A DNA stretch of 64,000 bases. Source: a virus. Position numbers and translations under genes: made by a program. The notes beneath the pieces are model-generated. The model ran no database searches. It was given only the letters and a program-made list of their open reading frames with translations, and was not told where the DNA came from. Positions within the stretch are counted from its first letter, which is position 1. The number at the start of each line of letters is the position of its first letter. The stretch lies in IMG/VR virus record IMGVR_UViG_3300013014_000020, positions 51,295 to 115,294 of that record; one strand, given 5' to 3'. This document shows positions 47,192 through 54,429 of the stretch, one piece after another.

Positions 47192-50100
47192 TTATGGAAC
47201 ATATTTTATTCTACACGAATCGGCACCATCGTACCAAATAGATCCAGATGGTAATCCAAAAGAACCAGGAGGTAAATTTACAATACTTAAACAGTTAACA
47301 TATGTTGTGTTTGGACAAGATGTTACAATATTTTGACCAATAATAAATGAACAATCGTGTTGTACTGTATTTAATATACCACCTAATATACCACCGTATC
47401 TTGAGATTATTGCGTTACAAAAACCACCACCAATCACACCCCAACCTAAAGTTGATCCACTTATTGTGTTACATTCTCCCGCACCAATAAAACTATACGC
47501 CGAACTAAAAGTTGTGTTTTTAAAACCACCAACAATCGCACTTTGACAAGATAATGACGTGTTACAACTACCACCACCGATTATTGTATTTTCTTCAGAT
47601 GTAACATTGCACGCACCACCATTTATACTATTTCTATTTGATAATGTTGTATTGTTTCTACCGGCACCTATAAAGGAACTTGAGCCATTTGTGGTGTTAC
47701 ATCTACCGGCGCCAATAAATGAAATTGTGTCAACTGCGGTATTTTCACAGCCACCAACAATAGTTGATCCTGTTGTTACAGCAGTATTTAATAAGCCCCC
47801 ACCAATTGTTGAGTAAAGCCCACTTGAAGTGTTTTGACGGCCACCACCAATAGTTGAACCATAACAACTTGATGTGTTATTATAACCACCACCTACGGTT
47901 GAATAATTACCACTTGATGTATTACACGTACCTCCATTTACAATTGAATAATTACCACTTGATGTGTTTTTAAGCCCACCACTTACGATTGAATAACTTC
48001 CACACGATATGTTGAAATTTCCACCAGCAACAGTTGATACGGCACCACTTGATGTGTTACAATATCCACCACTTACGGTTGAATCATTACCACTTGATGT
48101 GTTACGATAACCACCACTTACGGTTGAATTATCTCCACTTGATGTGTTACATCGTCCACCACTTACGGTTGATTGATAACCACTTGTTGTGTTACAATAT
48201 CCACCACTTATTGTTGAAAAATCAGCACTTGATGTGTTACAATATCCACCACTTATTGTTGAGCAATTTGATTGTATCGTATTATAGTAACCACCACTTA
48301 CGGTTGAGTACTGACCAATAATTGTATTATTTTCACCACCACCGATTGTTGAATCTTGTCCATCAATTAAATGGTCTTCACCACCAGAAATTGTTGAGTA
48401 ATCTGAATTAGTAGTTATTGTACTATTTTCACCACCACCGATTGTTGAGTAACAAGCTGATGCTGTATTACTGTATCCACCACCGATTGTTGAGTAACAA
48501 GCTGACGCTGTATTACTTTCTCCACCACCGATTGTTGAGTAACAAGCTGACGCTAAGTTATCACGACCACCACTCACAGTTGAACATTCACCATAAGCTG
48601 TGTTATTACGACCACCACTAACAGTTGAGTAACGAACTGACGCTAAATTATTACGACCACCACTAACAGTTGAGTATTGTCCAAGTGAACTATTATTACA
48701 ACCCCCACCAACAAATGAATATGTTCCAGATGTTGTATTTATTTGCAATGTAACATCATCAGTAACTGATACACCACCAAAACTAGTCCCATCAAAAAAT
48801 AATGTATCACCATCTACATAATTAGTACCACCATATACAATATTAAGATATGAAAAAGAACCTGTATTAAATGTAAAGTCAAATATTGCACCCGTCCCAT
48901 ATCCAGAAACAGTTGATGTTGGTGCGATACCGTTGTAGGCACCATTAAAAGTTCCACCGGTATATACTGTATTGTAGTAATTACTAACAGTATTTTTTAT
49001 TCCTGATTTATTTCCATAACCACCACTTATTGTTGAAAAATTAGTGTATGATGTATTTTGAAAACCGCCACTAACAAGTGAACAACTACCAAGAGCGTCA
49101 TTTGATGTACCAATTCTTTGTGTTGAGTCTACACCAACACCAACTTCATAAAGTCCAACACCACCATTTATAACATTTCCATCAACATCAATACCTAAAG
49201 TATTTATTGATGTACCAGTTGTTACATTTTGAATATTTAAATAAGGAACATAAACAGTATCGTTTGTTGTTCCAGAAATATTTTGTCCTCCTAAAATAAC
49301 ACTTCTATCTGCGTTAATTGTTGAGTTATTTGAAAATACCATTGAGCAATCACCTAACACTAAGTTTTGATTACCACCAACAATTGCAGAACAATATCCA
49401 GATACGGTATTTCCATAACCACCAGAAATATTACTATTAAAACCAATTGCAGTATTAAACTGACCTCCAGCTATTACTGTACCGTCAGAATAAACTTCAT
49501 TAGATAATCCACCTAATATTGATGCGTATGTTCCGTAGTTTCTATTTTGTGAACCACCGGCTACAACAGAAATGTTTGATACCGTTGTGTTTTCACATCC
49601 ACCACCAACAAATGAACTAGACCCTAAGTTTACGTTCTTACATCCACCAACAACAATAGAAAAGTTTGCGTCTGATGTATTACAACACCCACCAAGAATT
49701 GCGCTACCACAAGAATCAACCGTATTGTATTCTCCACCACCAACAACAGTAAAATCACAATTTGCGATGTTTGAATTACCCCCACCAACAAAAGCTGTTG
49801 TGTCGGCTGCTGTGTTAAATCTACCTCCCGCAACAATTGCAAAATCTCCAGTAGCACTATTCTGTGCTCCGCCGCCAACGGTTGAGCAAGCGTTTATTGC
49901 GACATTTTCAAAACCACCACCGACAGTTGTGTTATAATCAGAAGCTGTGTTTGATTCACCACCACCAATTGCTGAATATTTTCCAGAAGAAGTATTGTTA
50001 CAACCAGCAGTAACAGAAGCATAATTTTGTGATGCAATATTTAAATAACCACCACCAACAAATGTACAACCATCTGAAGTTGTGTTCTTACAGCCCCCAG

Positions 50101-50473
50101 CAATTGTTGAAAGGTCACCATCTGTTGTGTTTAATTCTCCACCACCAATAAAAGATGATGACGCACCAGAAAATGTTACATTTTTATAACCACCAGTGAT
50201 TGAACCAAATGTTCCATTATCTGTATTACAATAACCACCACCGATAAAAGAATAATTCCCAGTTGACGTATTACATCTACCACCAGTAACTACACCCATA
50301 CAACCAGTTGTTGTATTAAAAAAACCACCAACTATTGTTCCGTAGTTTTTATCTGCTGTGTTTGAATACCCACCTAATACTGTTGAATAATTACATCTAG
50401 CTTCATTGTTATTATCACATCTAACTGTAGAGTTTATCCCACCTACCGGGTCATCAATTATAACGTAAGCCAT
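47192..50473 (-). CDS. Fibre/adhesin-like protein with long 15-aa SxIxGGxxN repeat arrays
   Basis: Two repeat blocks separated by a DTVYVP.LNI neck and an inserted domain; paralogous to the 23902 and 50540 ORFs. Confidence 0.75.
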   Translation of the reverse strand: MAYVIIDDPVGGINSTVRCDNNNEARCNYSTVLGGYSNTADKNYGTIVGGFFNTTTGCMGVVTGGRCNTSTGNYSFIGGGYCNTDNGTFGSITGGYKNVTFSGASSSFIGGGELNTTDGDLSTIAGGCKNTTSDGCTFVGGGYLNIASQNYASVTAGCNNTSSGKYSAIGGGESNTASDYNTTVGGGFENVAINACSTVGGGAQNSATGDFAIVAGGRFNTAADTTAFVGGGNSNIANCDFTVVGGGEYNTVDSCGSAILGGCCNTSDANFSIVVGGCKNVNLGSSSFVGGGCENTTVSNISVVAGGSQNRNYGTYASILGGLSNEVYSDGTVIAGGQFNTAIGFNSNISGGYGNTVSGYCSAIVGGNQNLVLGDCSMVFSNNSTINADRSVILGGQNISGTTNDTVYVPYLNIQNVTTGTSINTLGIDVDGNVINGGVGLYEVGVGVDSTQRIGTSNDALGSCSLVSGGFQNTSYTNFSTISGGYGNKSGIKNTVSNYYNTVYTGGTFNGAYNGIAPTSTVSGYGTGAIFDFTFNTGSFSYLNIVYGGTNYVDGDTLFFDGTSFGGVSVTDDVTLQINTTSGTYSFVGGGCNNSSLGQYSTVSGGRNNLASVRYSTVSGGRNNTAYGECSTVSGGRDNLASACYSTIGGGESNTASACYSTIGGGYSNTASACYSTIGGGENSTITTNSDYSTISGGEDHLIDGQDSTIGGGENNTIIGQYSTVSGGYYNTIQSNCSTISGGYCNTSSADFSTISGGYCNTTSGYQSTVSGGRCNTSSGDNSTVSGGYRNTSSGNDSTVSGGYCNTSSGAVSTVAGGNFNISCGSYSIVSGGLKNTSSGNYSIVNGGTCNTSSGNYSTVGGGYNNTSSCYGSTIGGGRQNTSSGLYSTIGGGLLNTAVTTGSTIVGGCENTAVDTISFIGAGRCNTTNGSSSFIGAGRNNTTLSNRNSINGGACNVTSEENTIIGGGSCNTSLSCQSAIVGGFKNTTFSSAYSFIGAGECNTISGSTLGWGVIGGGFCNAIISRYGGILGGILNTVQHDCSFIIGQNIVTSCPNTTYVNCLSIVNLPPGSFGLPSGSIWYDGADSCRIKYVP

Positions 50474-50503
50474 ATTTGTTTTTTTTATTTTTAATTTATG
50501 TTT

Positions 50504-50531
50504 AAACCCCCACTATTAAATGGGGGTTTTT
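50504..50531. terminator. Intrinsic terminator-like hairpin between fibre genes
   Basis: AAACCCCCA...TGGGGGTTTTT. Confidence 0.6.
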
Positions 50532-50539
50532 GTTTTTTA

Positions 50540-53500
50540 TTAAAGTTTAATCCAAAGTTGAGTACCACCACCTGACGCGCTTGTTGTACATCTATAAACA
50601 GTACCACTTGGAAGTGCCGCAACTTCAGTTTCGGTTGGTAAACTTTTTAAAGTAACTCTTGAACAAGTGTTTGGAGATGAAATACCACCACCATTAACTG
50701 TAAAGTTATTTACAAAAGTTGTGAAACATTGATCAGTTGTAATGTTACATCCTAAAATGTGTGTATCACTTAAACAAGCTGTGTTTAATCTACCAACAGC
50801 AGATGAATATGAAGCAAGATTACTAATATTATTTCCACAACCACCACCGATTGTTGAATGAGGAACACTAGTACCAATCACGTTGTTTTCACCACCATTA
50901 ACAACACTACAACAAGAACTATTTGTGTTGTTTCTACCACCAACAATGCTTGAGTGAGACTGTGTTGCACAGTTAAATTGACCACCACCAATTGTTGAAT
51001 AAGATTGGATTAAACAGTTTGACGCTCCGCCACCAATTGTTGACGCGTAGCCTGTTGCAGATATTGAGTTTGAAATACCACCTAAAATACCTGATACCGT
51101 AGATGCCGCGGTATTTGTACTACCTAACACAACAGAACAAGGTCCACTAGCAACGTTTGCCGATCCAGTTCTTAATGTTGAAAGCGAACCTGCACCCGCA
51201 ACAACAATTTGAGCTGGAGTTGATGTTAAACCTGCTGGTAATCCACTCACTGTTGCCACACCGTTTTGTCTATTTAATGTGATTAAACCGTTAGCGTTAT
51301 TATATGTACCACCAGTTACGTAGTAATCATTATTTAAGAAACCAGTTGCTGTAACAATATTTCCGTTATTTAATGATAAATCTAATGTACCGTTAGAGTA
51401 TGTTGCACCAGTTACAAAATTATTTTGTGTTTGGAAACCAATTACAGAAACACTCGGTTGTCCATTATTTTGTCCTAATGTTAATTGTCCTGTTAAAGAA
51501 TTATAAGTACCACCAGTTAAATATGTGTCAGTATCAAAGATACCACTAATTGTTACAGAACCATTTTGTCTATCTAAAGATATTTCACCAGTACCAACAT
51601 TGTAAGTACCTCCAGTTACATAATAATCTGTAAATCCTGTTGCAGTAACTATTGAACCATCACTATTTGTTAATGTTAATGTTTCATTGACTTTTGTCGC
51701 ACCAGTTAATATAACATCGGTATATCCAGTTAAGAATCCAGAAACACTAAATGTATTTCCAGAATTTGTAACAAATGTTGCATCACCAGTTGTTGGGTTA
51801 TAAGTACCACCAGTTACGGTCATATCAGATGCTAACACCGATAAATTAACTTGATAAGCATTACCATCATTTACTAAAGCCTCTAGTTCAAAAGTTCCTG
51901 GGTTCCAAGTAAGACCTGTTAAATAGTAGTCAGTTGTTGATGAACCGATAACAACATTACCAGAGCCATCAACCGCTAAGTTTGAAACTGGCGTTGTCGC
52001 ACCAACTGTTTGAATGTTTAATTGTGGTACATAAACGGTATCGTTTGTTGTTCCCGTAATGTTTTGTCCACCAATAACAGCGGTTCTAACGCCAAGTGCT
52101 ACGTTTTGATAACCACCTAAAATCATTGAGTAAAGGCCGGATGTTGTATTTTCTCTACCACCATTAATTGTTGAATACCAACCAATAGCTCTATTACACC
52201 TACCACCAGTAGCTGTTGCCATATATCCATTAGCAGTATTTAAAAATCCACCACCAATAAATGTGTAAAAACATTTTGAAATATTGCCATAACCACCAAC
52301 TACTGTTGAACACGGATTACATGCCGTATTAAATTGACCACCACCAACAATACTTTTGTCACCAACAGCGGTATTACAAAAACCACCACCAACTACTGAT
52401 TGAGAACCACATGTTTGATTTCCCCAGCCACCGGTAATATTCGACATATAACCGTAAGTTTGATTTAAGTATCCACCACCAACAAAATTGTAACCACCGT
52501 AAGCATTGTTAAAATATCCACCACCAACAGTATCGTATGTGTTGTTAGCACCATTATTTGTACCACCAACAACTGTTGCGGCATATTGTGTTGAGTAATT
52601 TGATGATCCACCAAGTACTGTTGAATTTTGTGCTGAAGCTGCGTTACTTGCATTTTTTCTAACTGTAGATGAAACACCACCACCACCTTGTACTATTACA
52701 GCATCATCAATACCAGAAATACCAACAGTACCGTTTTGTTGTTGTATTGTTAAAGTCGATGTTGATGGAGTATAAAAACCACCAGTAACATATGTATCTG
52801 TATATCCAGTTAAGAAACCAGTAACATTAAATGTTCCACCAGAATTATTTGTAAAAGTTGCAGTACCAGAGTTTAAATCATATGTACCACCAGTCACTCT
52901 TAAATCGCCAGCTAAAATACCTAAATTAACCGTGTATGCACTATAGTTGTTTAGTTCAACTGTTAAGTCGTAAGTACCTTGATTAAATGTAAATCCAGTT
53001 GTAAAATAATCTGTTGCACCAGTTGTAAAACCAGTCACAACAAAAGAACCACCTTGGTTGTCTTCAAATGTCGCAATACCAGTTGAGTTATCATATGTAC
53101 CTCCCGTAACATACGTATCGATAGATGTGAATCCAGTTACTAAAACTGAAGAACCATCTGTATTTGTTAATGTTAAATTACCAGCAGTAAATGTACCACC
53201 AGTTAAATATGTATCAGTATATCCAGTTGTAAAACCAGAAACTTGTACTGTATTTCCAGATGTGTTTATAAATGTTACAACACCAGTATTTGCGTTATAT
53301 GTTCCACCTGTTAAACCTAAGTCAGTTGCTAGAACACCAAGATTAATTGTATCTGTAAAACCATCGTTTCTTCCAATAGTTAAATCAAAATTATTTGTGT
53401 CAAACGTTACACCAGTAAAATATTTATCTTCTAATCCAGGAACAATAACATTACTTCCATTTTTTAAATCAAGTGTTAGAGCACCTGCATTATAATTAAA

Positions 53501-54316
53501 AGTACCGCCAGTCACAAAATTGTCAGTAGTAACAAATCCGCCTTGGACCACGTTACTTCCGTCACTATTTATTAAAGTTAATAAACCAACGTTATTTAAT
53601 GTTGATGCACTTAAATATACATCACTATAGTTACCAATAACAACATTGCCGTTAACATCGACACCTAAATTATTAACAGACGTTGTTACTCCAATTGAAT
53701 CGATATTTAATTTTGGTACATAAACGGTGTCTGCTGATGTCCCTGTTAATCCAGCACCACCAAGAATAACTGATCTTGCGCCGGTTAATACATTTGAGTT
53801 ACCACCAATTGTTGCAGAATAATTACCACTAACATTATTTAACTGTCCGTTCCCAACAAAAGAGTTTACACCTCTTGCAATGTTGTTATCACCACCAGCA
53901 ATTGTCGAACCTGACATTGCTGTGTTATTGTCACCACCAAGAACATTAGATTTTAAATTTATTGCTGTATTATAATAACCACCACCTACAATTGTATAAT
54001 CCGATTGTGCCGTATTAAAAGCGCCGCCATTAACAACTGATGATTTACCGTTTGCAAAGTTATTACAACCACCACCAACACTACTTAAAAGTCCGTTAGC
54101 GCGATTAAGATAACCACCACTTATATTAGAATAATCTCCTTTTGCTGTATTTCCTCTACCACCGGCAACCGTTGCGTATCCGGTATTTCCACTTGTTGTG
54201 TTTGCTCTACCTCCAGAAACGGTAGAATAAAGAGCTGAAGCAGAATTTGTTTGTCCACTTCTAACAGTTGTTGTTAATCCACCTACTGGATCACTAATAA
54301 TAACGTAATTTGACAT
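50540..54316 (-). CDS. Fibre-like protein alternating GGxxN repeat blocks and VTGGTY repeat blocks
   Basis: Three GG-N blocks, two blocks of ~33-aa DxYVTGGTY repeats, TVYVP.LNI necks. Confidence 0.75.
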   Translation of the reverse strand: MSNYVIISDPVGGLTTTVRSGQTNSASALYSTVSGGRANTTSGNTGYATVAGGRGNTAKGDYSNISGGYLNRANGLLSSVGGGCNNFANGKSSVVNGGAFNTAQSDYTIVGGGYYNTAINLKSNVLGGDNNTAMSGSTIAGGDNNIARGVNSFVGNGQLNNVSGNYSATIGGNSNVLTGARSVILGGAGLTGTSADTVYVPKLNIDSIGVTTSVNNLGVDVNGNVVIGNYSDVYLSASTLNNVGLLTLINSDGSNVVQGGFVTTDNFVTGGTFNYNAGALTLDLKNGSNVIVPGLEDKYFTGVTFDTNNFDLTIGRNDGFTDTINLGVLATDLGLTGGTYNANTGVVTFINTSGNTVQVSGFTTGYTDTYLTGGTFTAGNLTLTNTDGSSVLVTGFTSIDTYVTGGTYDNSTGIATFEDNQGGSFVVTGFTTGATDYFTTGFTFNQGTYDLTVELNNYSAYTVNLGILAGDLRVTGGTYDLNSGTATFTNNSGGTFNVTGFLTGYTDTYVTGGFYTPSTSTLTIQQQNGTVGISGIDDAVIVQGGGGVSSTVRKNASNAASAQNSTVLGGSSNYSTQYAATVVGGTNNGANNTYDTVGGGYFNNAYGGYNFVGGGYLNQTYGYMSNITGGWGNQTCGSQSVVGGGFCNTAVGDKSIVGGGQFNTACNPCSTVVGGYGNISKCFYTFIGGGFLNTANGYMATATGGRCNRAIGWYSTINGGRENTTSGLYSMILGGYQNVALGVRTAVIGGQNITGTTNDTVYVPQLNIQTVGATTPVSNLAVDGSGNVVIGSSTTDYYLTGLTWNPGTFELEALVNDGNAYQVNLSVLASDMTVTGGTYNPTTGDATFVTNSGNTFSVSGFLTGYTDVILTGATKVNETLTLTNSDGSIVTATGFTDYYVTGGTYNVGTGEISLDRQNGSVTISGIFDTDTYLTGGTYNSLTGQLTLGQNNGQPSVSVIGFQTQNNFVTGATYSNGTLDLSLNNGNIVTATGFLNNDYYVTGGTYNNANGLITLNRQNGVATVSGLPAGLTSTPAQIVVAGAGSLSTLRTGSANVASGPCSVVLGSTNTAASTVSGILGGISNSISATGYASTIGGGASNCLIQSYSTIGGGQFNCATQSHSSIVGGRNNTNSSCCSVVNGGENNVIGTSVPHSTIGGGCGNNISNLASYSSAVGRLNTACLSDTHILGCNITTDQCFTTFVNNFTVNGGGISSPNTCSRVTLKSLPTETEVAALPSGTVYRCTTSASGGGTQLWIKL

Positions 54317-54429
54317 TATTTATTTTTTTTTTTCGTTTATTTTATTTTTTAATAAATATTAAGGATTATATAAAGTATGGTTTTTTTAAAAAAAAAAATT
54401 AAGAACCAATTTCTGTTGCAAGACAAATT

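Noticed and set aside
25303-48129. Diversity-generating retroelement (TR/VR pair)
   Set aside because: No reverse transcriptase in the window; both copies are coding; differences are not restricted to adenines.
48034-48621. His-rich repeat ORFs on the plus strand
   Set aside because: Off-frame antisense reading of GGT-GGT codon repeats.
47800-48700. 45-bp periodic repeats as a possible CRISPR array
   Set aside because: In-frame, degenerate coding repeats with no unique spacers and no cas genes.
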